Assembly: GCF_000981445.1 (NCBI RefSeq) | Contig: NC_027218.1 | Location: 1,116,001 to 1,180,000 of the forward strand | Reading direction: 5' to 3' | Length of the DNA stretch: 64,000 bases | Source: Babesia bigemina | Lineage: Eukaryota | Part shown: positions 10,634 through 23,191 of the stretch, piece after piece | How positions within the stretch are numbered: the first letter of the stretch is position 1 | How the letters are laid out: each line of letters begins with the position of its first letter | Program-made: the position numbers and the translations under genes | Notes under the pieces: generated by a model | Seen by the model: only the letters and a program-made list of their open reading frames with translations | Databases searched by the model: none | What the model was told of the DNA's origin: nothing

Positions 10634-11089
10634 ATGGTGCTAGATTGTAGTTGTGTTACTAGTTGTCACTATTTGGGGGACTGTAGTTGCTGTCCCTGGT
10701 GTTGTGCCGGATGTAGTGGTAGTGACCAATGCAGTTCATGTATAGCATTAAACAGTGAGCGCAAAGAAAGCCAGGAGTGCCCTCTTTCCGTATGTGTGAA
10801 TCAATGTAGACAGTGTAGCAATCCCGGATGTAAATGCCCATGCCCATGTTGTAAAACTAAAAACCCAGATACACTCTCTGCCAACTGCAATCAACATTCC
10901 ACTCGGACACGATCTGATTCTACTTTTGCCGTTCAATCTAGTGCCTCAACTTCCCCCAGAATAACCCTTTTTACCACCACGATCGTTCCCATCACCATCA
11001 TTCTAGTAATTATCATCGTCATATGCATTATGAGCGTCTTTCGCATTCGGACATTCCACAAGGTCCGCAGTTATTTCGCCAGCCGATGA
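10634..11089 (+). CDS. Small Cys-rich single-pass membrane protein, copy 2 (151 aa)
   Basis: CSCCPWCCAGC...CKCPCPCCK, Ser/Thr linker, TM IVPITIILVIIIVICIMSV, then FRIRTFHKVR. Confidence 0.75.
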   Translation: MVLDCSCVTSCHYLGDCSCCPWCCAGCSGSDQCSSCIALNSERKESQECPLSVCVNQCRQCSNPGCKCPCPCCKTKNPDTLSANCNQHSTRTRSDSTFAVQSSASTSPRITLFTTTIVPITIILVIIIVICIMSVFRIRTFHKVRSYFASR

Positions 11090-11891
11090 ACGTTTCTATA
11101 GCATTGCATAATCAACATGTATTTCAATTATCGCACGTATCTCAGTAATGTGCATTCACATTACACTGCCGGTCTATTAACAAATTAAATCATTCATAAT
11201 TGTCCATGACGGGTGCCCAGCGAGATTTTCATGAAGTGTTGGCACAGCGCCGAAAACGCTTCGGCAAAGTGGATGGCATTAACCACGGCGGTCTGTTGTG
11301 CATTTTCCTTGGACTACTCGACGCCCTTAACATCCGATCGCAAGAGATAACGTACCTCAACGTATAACCTTCATCGATGCCCTAAAACCGCGCACCGCCT
11401 CAATATTGCGAAGAACTACGCCAATGTCTAGCTCACCCAGCGACCTAAAACAACCATTATTTAGTATAGATTAATATATTCAGTGTAAATGAAGTGTTGT
11501 AAAGTCCACTTTTTCATGTTTATGGGTCGGGACTTTGGAAACATCTAGAAACAGTATCCTATCATCCACCCGGCGTCTCCACGTTTGCAGTACCCTATTC
11601 CCTCATGACCGAAATCACCATACATAACGTCGTTAGAGCTACGGAAAAGCTGTCTTAATGCACGATCTTACTACATGTCTCAGCATACAATGCCTCATGT
11701 AGCCACTATCAAAGAGCAACCGGACATAAAACAAACATGATAAAAAGAATGTTGACAGTGAAATATATAATTAATGTTATCATTGAGTTGTTGCTGACTT
11801 GACGGTGTGACTGAACGCTTTATTGTTTAACTCAACGCAACTGGCGGAGTTGGGCAAAATCTATACACGACAATTAAGTCAACAATGCCTA

Positions 11892-14560
11892 TCAGTCAAC
11901 TTCATCACCATAAAATTCGGGTTGCTCAAATAAGGCACCCTGCTCAATAGCTTCGCGGTGGATGTCATCTTGCATCGAGTTCGGGAAGCACGGCCTATTG
12001 TCGTTGGGGTCTCTGAAGCGGTTGCGATAGGAGGGATCCTGGGCAAGTAAATCAACGTCTAAGTCTGGTGTTTTCAGCAGTTTCTCCACCACTAAGAGAC
12101 AGTGAAGATTCAGCTTGGTTTCCGCCCCAAAAGGTAGTTTGATGTTCAGACTCTTACATGCCTCTTCCACTTCCTTGACAGTTTTTCCTAGCTCAGCCGC
12201 CACATCTGTGATATTCAAGATGCTGTAGAACGCCTCAACCTCCAATGTGTCTGCAATGTTGAGGAACTCTGTAAGGTCCCAAATTGCGCTGTACGAGATT
12301 ATGCTGCGAAGAGGCATGTCCAACGGCACCGGAGGTCGGGCGCCGAGCCTGCAGCATGCATCTCCAAGGAAGTCCAGGCTTATCTCGTAACGCTGCGATA
12401 TGTCTAGCAGTGTCTCCTCGTGAATGCCGCCTTTAAACGACAAATATTCCCGCTTCATATCTTCAAGCTCCGCCTTATGGGTAGCCGCGTATTTCGGATA
12501 CGGGCGTTCCACATCATGTTGTAGGTTAAAAGTACGAGGTATGATATCGGGTAGACGGTTTACTGAATGATAATGCAGTATAACTGGCCTGCCACTTACT
12601 TGGGTCCTGCAGCGCCTTGATGAACTCGGTATCGTGCACAACTGGGGCGTTACGCAGCTCTTCAGCCTCCTCGGGCGATACTTGTAGCGAGGGATCGCAC
12701 ATGTCCAGACCAAGGTAACCCACCTGTGTTATGGTTTATGTGGCACGTACTCGTACACTAACCGGGTCATCGTAGAATTTGATTAGGTCATGCTTCGCCC
12801 TAAGTCTGGAAATCGTGGTGAGCATGTCGCCGCCCCAACCGGATTCATTGATAAACTTCACCTGAATGGGCATTACGCACGTGTATGTGTATATCTAGGT
12901 ATATAGGTGCACTCGTCGTAATTTGCAATGGGTCTACACAAATTCAACGCTGATAGCTGCATGTAAAAAAGCATTGCAATACAAAATTTGCTACACTACG
13001 CAGTCAAAGTTGTCATCTTATGTGGTACTAATGTAGGCTCATAATTAATGTTGAGCAAAAAAGTAAACAAAACAGCGTCAAAGGCACTACATAAAACATT
13101 TAATTTTGTGAATAGTAATAGACGTATAATCACAAAAGTATATACAGTTTAAGACCACATATCACACGTAGGCGAGATTACAAACTTAAGAAATCCAAAC
13201 AACCTCTCACAGCATGATTGTTGCATTAAATCTCTAAATAAACACTAACCTTTTGTTTTAGATCGGCAATGCGCTCACGTGCTCTCTGAGGCAGGTTTTC
13301 ATTAGTCTCATCCAGCGGCTGTGTCACTATTTTCCTGTAACGCCACTCGTCGGGTTCGGTGAGGGCATACTCAAGTCGCAGCCTAGCGAGCTTCTCGCCC
13401 CCTGACGTACAGTATCCACGTGCGCGCAACTCTTCCTTGACCTCCTGAAAGCTCAGCTGTCCGATGTCAGAGGGTTTTAGCTCCGCAAAACCCATATTGT
13501 TACGCGGCAATTTGCGATAAAAGGTGTGCTTCAGAGCTTCGCGATTCTTACGTGCCTCATGGGCTATCCTGCGTATATCACGCACCTCCCGCAGCTCCAG
13601 GGCTCGTCTCTCTCTTACGTACTCCGGGTTGTCGCTCAGCTTCTCACCCTCTGCGCACCGCAGCTCAGGCTCGCCACGCTTAGCACGCTCCTCGTTGACC
13701 CCCCGGAGCCAAATTTCGTCCTCATCGATGGGAGGCGCCGACTCCTCACTGTAGTCCTTGATTTTAATGGACTCCTGCAGGAACTTCTTGTCCTTGACGT
13801 TTGGCATCTGAATGATACCGCTGATGAGCTCGGATGTGCTGTTGGCATTCGCCGGCAATTTAATCGGCGCATATTCGTCAAACTGGGATTCAAGAGGTGG
13901 TACTTCGGCCCTCATTCGCTCAATCTCTTCATCAGTCAGTTGAGACATGCTGCCCTTTTGCCGTTCCAGTCTGCTCTCGAGAGGCTCCTTGGAGTCACTA
14001 CCTGCGGTTAGGATTATTGTGTCATCCTCCAACTGATTTTTGCTGCTCTCATTTACTACGCCTGCAAGGTTACGATTCGCAAGGCACTCTTTAAGAAGCA
14101 TCTCATTAGGCTCTCTGTTAGCAGCTTCATCGTCCGGCCTGCCGGGTGGATACATCGTTTGGGTCGCAACACGGGTCTTCGGCAGCTCCAATTCGGCGCT
14201 GCGGCGTACCATGCGATTGAGTCGGTCATACAGTTCCTTCTCGCGTCGTTCTTCTAGTATTTGGCGCTCAATTTCGTCCATCTCATCTGTACTCTCGTCC
14301 TCTTCAGCCATTTCGTCAATCGCAGCGTTGAACTCCGCCTCCTCAAAATCCTGATTGTAGTACGGTCCATCCGGCATTATTCCATAGCGCTTAAAGTCGC
14401 GGTGAATGCCTATTGAAGGCACGACTCTTTGCGATCTCGAGGGGAGAAGACGACATCCGAAGTGGCGCTCGACATAGGTCGACCTCCCGTAACCGTCATA
14501 GCCACTACTAGGAGGATTCGCCACGAAACACATGGCATACAGTTGCGGGATCGTGCGCAT
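11892..14560 (-). CDS. Four-exon conserved protein with a SAP-like motif and IF2-N-like helical repeats (exons 14560-13250, 12861-12763, 12723-12600, 12562-11892); possibly organellar
   Basis: GT-AG junctions join the 444-aa and 273-aa ORFs in frame. LSFQEVKEELRARGYCTSGGEKLARLRL resembles SAP; ITDVAAELGKTVKEVEEACKSLNIKLP resembles IF2_N. Start codon uncertain. Confidence 0.7.
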
Positions 14561-15201
14561 TTTGTAGACATAGTCACGTTAGACGGCACCGGTGCTACAC
14601 AGCAACTGGTCCAACGGGCCTACTAGGTACCTGAATATGCGACATTCCGGTGGAAAGTTGAGAGACAAGTTTTAATTATATTAGCCTATAACAGTCGTTG
14701 CAGTAAAAGATTGCCTATCGACGTAGATGGCAGGCAGTCTACAGCAACCCGAACCTTTATCGGGAAATGCCCAGCAACTACGAACTCGGCAGGGAGCTAA
14801 GCAGTTGTATTCTAACCATGGTAAATATAAATAAATCGGCGTATTTCCGAAGGGCTACAGTTAGGCGTTCAAAGAGGGTATAGTAGGACCTGTGACATCC
14901 GTGCCTAGGCTTCCTCGGATGTTAACGCAGCTCCCAACTAAAGGCCATAATAGACGGCTCAATGCTAAGTACGTATACAATAATGTATAAATGTTACATC
15001 TATGTGCACGGAACATGTGCTAACTTCCAGGTAGTTATCTCTTGATAAGCGTCGTGCCCTGCACATCCGCCGCATAGCAGTGGATTGGGCACCCAATTCT
15101 AGCGCAACAAGGAACACAAAAATCTCTATTATAAAAAACTTGCTAAACGAGCCGGCATTTCTTATCAGCCGTCTTGGAACTGACTATGATGATCGACCGG
15201 G

Positions 15202-15546
15202 ATGAGGCTGTCTAGAGCATTGCAAAAATCCATCCCGCTGCCGCGCTTCAGCACGAGCCGGCTGTCCCGCAGGGTAATTTGATACCTGCTAGCGTCAGAG
15301 GCTCATGTCGTGTGCAGGATAACATGGCCGAGCAGGAGCGTGCCACGTTCTACTACTCCAACATGTTCTGCGTGGCCATCACTGCGCTGCCCATCGCGTA
15401 CTTGCTGAAGGTGAGTGCACTAACGTGATTGAATTCAAGTTATTGTACAGGCGAATTACTGGAGCAGCCCAGAACAGGAAAATCTCCACTTCGTACTCAC
15501 TCACAACGAGCATCACATCAAGGCGCCCAAGCAGTTGCCTATGTAA
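15202..15546 (+). CDS. 86-aa three-exon microprotein with a mitochondrial-type presequence and one TM helix (exons 15202-15273, 15318-15410, 15451-15546)
   Basis: Phase-0 introns gtaatt..tgcag (44 nt) and gtgagt..tacag (40 nt). Product MRLSRALQKSIPLPRFSTSRLSRR|DNMAEQERATFYYSNMFCVAITALPIAYLLK|ANYWSSPEQENLHFVLTHNEHHIKAPKQLPM*. Confidence 0.75.
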
Positions 15547-15672
15547 ACCTATCGCTATAATGATGACTGGTGTATAATTCAATTTTGTCGCTGAACTGTG
15601 TATTATGCGTCGTTAATTGTTTGTTGGTGTTTATAAGCATATATTGAACGTTTGTTTGAACCATGGGGACAA

Positions 15673-15755
15673 GGCAACGTGCCCGAGTGGTTAAGGGGAT
15701 GGCCTGCTAAGTCATTAGGTCTCGGCCTGCGTAGGTTCGAATCCTGCCGTTGTCG
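15673..15755 (+). tRNA. tRNA-Ser(GCT)
   Basis: Acceptor stem GGCAACG/CGTTGTC, D-loop GAGTGGTTAAG, anticodon arm ATGGC-CTGCTAA-GTCAT, long variable arm, T-loop GGTTCGAATCC, downstream T-run terminator. Confidence 0.95.
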
Positions 15756-16729
15756 CCATTTTTGCAATTAGGATTGCGACGGATGTTTATTTATTACTTA
15801 TATTAGGCAACATTACGACTATAACAAGCTGTGTTTTGAAAAACGGAAACGATTTTTGTCGTTAATTCTGTGGCATTGACTCGTGGGATGTAGTACCATC
15901 CCGCTACTATTGGATGCTTATTTTGGAACAATGACGTTATAGCGCTTTTCTATGTATCGTGAGCAACTATAAGGTCTCTTACAGTAACTAATTCCTCGAA
16001 GAAAAGGAGAAGAACATCTACTAGGCGCCTAGCACCCACGTGATGTGCCAGCTGTGAAATTCAGCAATAGTCGTTACACTACATCCGTATCACGGGTGCG
16101 TAACATTATTACTTGTAACAGAATACAAGGAATGCCTTGGAGTTGTTATTGACACACTGCAACGCAGATGAACAGCACATATAGCCTGTAGACACGACAG
16201 AGCCACAGGCGTCAAATGGCAACTAAATATATAAAATCTGCTTGAAACGGTCGCATATGAGACCTAATTTCGGTAATATATAACTATAATACAAATCTTT
16301 TGGTAAGCAGAGCCACTACAGCAAAAAGACACACACCGCGACGCAACCGTCGGTCATATCACAAATGACCACATACAAGCAAACGCTGCACAATATTTTG
16401 TAACTGGCATTTAAATACGTCAGCAGCGCGTGGAAACTGCTTACGGCGCGCTGGTAGACAGACTCCGGTGTACCTTTTTCCTCTTCCAGCTGCCAGCGAG
16501 GAATGAAGGCGCTATTTTCCTAGTCCCCATCACACACCGAGGCCAGGACGCTCCCATTAGGCAGAACACTTGAAAATAGCCTATAAAAGTCGTTACGCCA
16601 GTTAAAGTGTGCTTTACGGCAGTTAAGGATCACTGTCCTACCCGCCGCCCGACCTGCGCTGTACAGCCGCAGAACGAGAACAGCGGCACTTGTTGAACGC
16701 CGCAACAAATTTCACGATAATTAGTCAAC

Positions 16730-18320
<1,591 letters not shown>

Positions 18321-19232
18321 TTGTTGAGTCCGTCCAGATAACCAGGCCGTAGTTTGCCTCGGCAACGATATTTTTGACACCATAAACCGTACACGCCTGA
18401 GACATGGCGCTCAATTGTTCTAAACGACTATGATCATTGGTGGGTAAATGAGTTTTGGTGTGCTATTCAAAACGGTTTGAGCGCGCTGACGCAGCCACCA
18501 TTCGTATTAGAGCGTGAGGCGAATACTCTGTCCAGATATCCACCCTTACCGCTCAATCAAACCAGACAACGGTAAGAATGGCAGTGGAGCAGTAGCTGGA
18601 GTAAACATGCTGATTCGATGGCTTTGCGTTTTAAGTTATCGCGTGCCATAACAAAACAACTAATATGTGCGCGTCGTATTTAAATCAACAACTACTGTTA
18701 TACGAGCCAACACACCTCAAGGGCTCACATACTACAACGTTCTCAATACAACCACAGTGGTAAATTGCGCTCATTTGCCACCAGTTGACCCTATTCACGT
18801 GGCCGGATCGCCAGTGGCAAGGGTAAACGGACTGTCATATGCACTGTTGTGTGGTCGGAGTGGGAAACGCGTTGCTTGCCTCTATCGGTAATCAACTCGC
18901 ACGTGTACAGCTTATGCAGTGACAAACACGCCGCTTAGACCTTAGTTGGAGGCTTAAGAACGCCGAGCAGGTCACCCGCGGCAACGTAACCCAGCAGCGA
19001 TCGTCGCATCCAGGTACGGAGTTACTCGCTGATAGTTCACGCCTTCCAAGAACCAAATACACATCATCCAATCGAAAATGTCGGGAATTTGACCGTCCGA
19101 TTGTGTAATGACCCGGTGGCGGCCGAGGCCGAACACCCGAAGGCATATGGGGATTACGTGTTACTTGGCCAACAAACGCGTGGAAATACACTGTTCGTTT
19201 CCGGAAACTTCATATCGGATATTTTGGAAGCC

Positions 19233-20140
19233 ATGGCTATCAGGAATTTCAGAGGATTGATCCACAAGCGGACCAAGAAGTTCCGCCGCTTCCAGTCGGA
19301 CCGCTTCAAGCGCGTCAAGGTGAGCCCACGACCATAACTTGCCTTCGGAGGCGATCGCAGTGTGTAGTATATCTATTTGTTCATGGGTGTACGGTTAAAT
19401 TGTCGAAGGCCGGGCGAAGTAGCCCATCCTCACGGGGGAACTTGCGGCAGTAGCTTACGACAGCGGCGGGTGGGAATTGTGGACCTCCCGAGAGGCACAC
19501 GCCCATAAAGTTGAGTGGCTATTACTGCTGATATGTGTACGCACACAGCCTGTTGACGAGTCTGGCCATACAATTGCTGCTTAACTGTCGGTCTTATGGT
19601 GGTGGTCGTGAGGGACGCCGCTGTGACCTATGGCACTGCTGAGCTGGTGTACCCGTTTGCCTATAGGTGTTATAAAGTGCTGTGAGGTACATTGCCTTGT
19701 GCTGTTTCGCTGTTAATGGTCACGTTATGGTGTTTTGGTACGTTGTGCAAATTTGCACGTGATTCCGCCCCTGGTACCGTATGCGCATACAAAAGTTGTA
19801 TTTACTAGGATTACTCATTGCTTTGCAGGAGAGCTGGAGGAAGCCCAAGGGTATTGACTGCAGGGTCAGGCGTCGCTTCAAGGGTACCGTGCTTACCCCC
19901 AAAATCGGATATGGCACTGACAAGAGGACCCGCCACAAGCTGCCCAGCGGCTACTACAAGGTTGTTGTCAACAACCCTGCGGAGGTCGATGTGCTGTTGA
20001 TGCACAACAAGACTCACATTGCCGAGATCGCCCACAGCGTCTCCGCTAAGAAGCGCAGAAGCATCATCGACCGCGCCAAGAAGCTCGGCGTCAAGGTCAC
20101 CAACGCCGGCGCCAGGCTCAGGGTAGAAGAGAGGGAATAA
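19233..20140 (+). CDS. RPL32: 60S ribosomal protein L32 (exons 19233-19319, 19829-20140)
   Basis: [37 protein letters not shown]...[11 protein letters not shown]. Confidence 0.97.
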
Positions 20141-20581
20141 CTTCGCTTAATTCATTCACTAGCTTTGTGTCATGTGTCTGGTGCGATCGGTTACGCGTGG
20201 AACTGATTGCCTCTGGGGAGGCAGGCTGATTGACTGCTTTAGACCATCATGACCTGCGGTCCATCGGGGTCCTGTAGTGGTGAGATGTAAGCGGCGTTTT
20301 ACGCCACACTTGCTATATTCAATGACATGTAGTTGACTCGATGTTGGCAGCTGAATGTGTTAGGCTAATTTGTTCCGGTACGGATAGCCTCCGCTGCGTT
20401 TTTCGTTCGGGACAACATTCCAATAAGGAGAGTAATAATCCATTATATACGTTAACAATTATAGAAACAACTAAACGTTTCAAAGGCCGTTTAGTTGGCG
20501 CAGTCACTTCAAAACACCCGCTGCGTGTGATACGCATTGCTGGTGTATGTAGAAGCACGTATATATGTTGCCACAGCGTGC

Positions 20582-21580
20582 TCACTCCTCGTCGGAGAAG
20601 ACGATTTCGTCATCACTGCCCTCTAGCTCCTTCATACGCCGTTCGCGGGCCTCCTTTTGCTCTTGCAATTCCTTCTCCACCTCAGCGCGGAGTGACGACA
20701 GCTGCTCGATGTCTACAGCAGTTTCGTCCGCCAGCTTCATTATGCCACTGTATATCGCTTCGCGCTCATTTTCGGGCGGAAGAATGGCATCGTCGAGACG
20801 GAGCAGTTGCAGGACCTTAGACACGTCGTTGCAGCCCAAAATGGTCTCGGCATGGAACAGCAGGAAAGCGAGCCCGAAGCTGAAGATGTAGCGCTCACCC
20901 TCCGAAAGCACCTTATCAATGTACTTCACAACATACTCGAACGGCAGAACGTGCACATTCATACCGATGAACCACTTGGAGCAGAATGTCTCGGGCACTA
21001 GGAGACCCTCCAGATGTTTACACAGCTCCTCGTTTCGCCCCTTCAGCAGCCTCATGAGCACCCGGGAGTCACGCACGTATGCCTCTGGGGTGCAGGAAAA
21101 GTACCCGCGAAGCTGGTTCTCATGGAGGTGGACGACCAAACGAACCACTTCGGCGGCGGGCAGGAAGAGGGACAAGAAGGCAATCACGAAGCCCTCGCCC
21201 TGGTGGTAGTCGCCGACGTGCCTGAATACCAGCGTCAAGTTGCGGCACAACACCGCACGGTTCTCCTCACTGATGAACGTGCGCTCCGCGTCCAAGCGGA
21301 ATATCCGCTCATTTTCCTCAGACACCTCGAAGCGAGGCTCTCCCGGCCACAGCGGTTCGTCGGAGCTGGGCGAGGAGCTCCACCAATTGCAGGCGCTCAT
21401 CAACTTGCAGACATAATTCATGATGGAGCTCAGAATGTCGTCTTCGCCGGCGCATTCGTTGCGGCCGACGAGAGCCTCGACCTTCCGGCGCAGCGACAGC
21501 AAGTCATCCTCAGAGTGCACGCCGCTGCGGTTAAACAGCGAAGACTTGCGTTCTTCCTCCCACAATTTTGAATTTATCAT
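20582..21580 (-). CDS. Rab-GAP TBC-domain protein
   Basis: IFRLDAERTF (R-finger), YHQGEGF (Q-finger), KWFIGM, FSFGLAFL. First ATG at 21580; an upstream exon is possible. Confidence 0.85.
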   Translation of the reverse strand: MINSKLWEEERKSSLFNRSGVHSEDDLLSLRRKVEALVGRNECAGEDDILSSIMNYVCKLMSACNWWSSSPSSDEPLWPGEPRFEVSEENERIFRLDAERTFISEENRAVLCRNLTLVFRHVGDYHQGEGFVIAFLSLFLPAAEVVRLVVHLHENQLRGYFSCTPEAYVRDSRVLMRLLKGRNEELCKHLEGLLVPETFCSKWFIGMNVHVLPFEYVVKYIDKVLSEGERYIFSFGLAFLLFHAETILGCNDVSKVLQLLRLDDAILPPENEREAIYSGIMKLADETAVDIEQLSSLRAEVEKELQEQKEARERRMKELEGSDDEIVFSDEE

Positions 21581-22852
21581 CTTCTTAGACAACTGTGTGA
21601 TACTATGTGCAGAAGCCAAAATGTGGCGGCCAGGGGCGACCGAGTCAGCCCGTTACAGACAAAGGCACAACACAGGTACACATATGCCCAAAATGAAAGG
21701 CCGAATTTGCCGAACTTCCAAAGAGGCTTTTGTTATTGACATTTGCCTCAAAAGGTATAGCTAAAGGTGATGGTGATTGTCATACGAAGCTTTTGCTAAG
21801 CTATCACGGAGTTTTTATGACGGTGGCGCATACACACCTGTATCTGAAACTTGTCTCATGCGGTTTTTGGCACTGAATTTGCATATTAAATGCCAGTATA
21901 TGTGCGAAGTGTCATATTATTAACCGTTTAATCGGTAGAATGCTGATTCACAGTGGCACGCTTCTGCCGGCTGGAGGATCGATGGAAGGTCAGCTTTACA
22001 ACGATAAAGAAAGCACCTATGCAGGTTTACGAGCTATATTTGATTGTTCTTAATGTCTATATTGAGATGTGGGTCGCTCGACGCTTATAAAAGGGTGTTT
22101 GGCCATAGGTAATTCCATTGCTGATTCGTCTTCTCAGGTGGACAAAATATAAGAACTCGCATTTATCATTTCATTGCAACATCTATGTGTCTAAATCAGC
22201 ACTTTACCAACACAATTATGATTCTACGTATTACGTGTGTTGCTAGTTGGCCAGTGCGTGATGAGTGGTTGAGCACGGTATGACTCGCTTACTGAATCAC
22301 AGGTACGCGCCAACCACCCTGTGTATCTTGACAACGGATTATACGTCCTACAGTTAACTGGCCCTTTGGTCGACAAATCAACTGCATTTTCCGCATTTTG
22401 TCCAATCGCACGTATGTTGAGTATCGCAGTTCCTGGTTCCGAAACTACGAAACTTGATTCTTTCCGTATTTCCTGACGATTGATATGGTCATGTGAATGT
22501 ACTACGCCTCGAAGTCCATGTTATAACCTTCATGCATGGTGGACACCACCCTTTGTATTCGTGTAACAAATCCACTACATTATTTAGTAAGTCGCTTGAT
22601 AGGCAGAGCTTAAATCTCCTTATATGGCTGAGGCTTGGCATAAACACTCATTATGGGCGCTCTAACATTTCAATCTTTAATTCTTGTCTTTGGGATATAT
22701 TTATCAATTAAACATTAAAATAACGAAAATCCGTACTACTGTGAAGAGCTCGGCGTATGGAAGACATTAACTTCTACACTTGCATTGTTTTAACTTTTAT
22801 TAGCCAAGCTGGATTATAACACCCGTTAGAACTAGTAGAGGCGTGTGAGTTG

Positions 22853-23191
22853 TTAGGCATAGAATCTCCGCCTACGAAATTTTCTTTTGAAGATTGGAAT
22901 CGAATTCCAGCAGACGAAATATATAAAGTTGGCTATGATTACGACGGTTGTAACTAAGCCGCCGATACAATAGGCCATACACGTCCCACATATTTCCCTT
23001 TTCTTTTCTGCCTCCAAACAGAATTTGCAACTACAACATCCGTCACAACACCAGGGACAACATTTACATGGTTTTTTGCCACCGGATTCGTTCTTCTCAG
23101 GTTTTTTGTTATCGCATCCTGGTTCCTCATTATCTCCTTTTTTACATGTACACTCATCACTTCCAGCTCTCTGAGGCGCTACCGGACTCAT
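22853..23191 (-). CDS. Small Cys-rich single-pass membrane protein, copy 3 (112 aa)
   Basis: KPCKCCPWCCDGCCSCKFC, TM IGGLVTTVVIIANFIYFVC, basic tail IPIFKRKFRRRRF. tgcag-gaagATG start context. Confidence 0.72.
   Translation of the reverse strand: MSPVAPQRAGSDECTCKKGDNEEPGCDNKKPEKNESGGKKPCKCCPWCCDGCCSCKFCLEAEKKREICGTCMAYCIGGLVTTVVIIANFIYFVCWNSIPIFKRKFRRRRFYA

Noticed and set aside
19320..19828. Intronic snoRNA in the long RPL32 intron
   Set aside because: No convincing C/D or H/ACA box pair with a terminal stem could be identified by eye.
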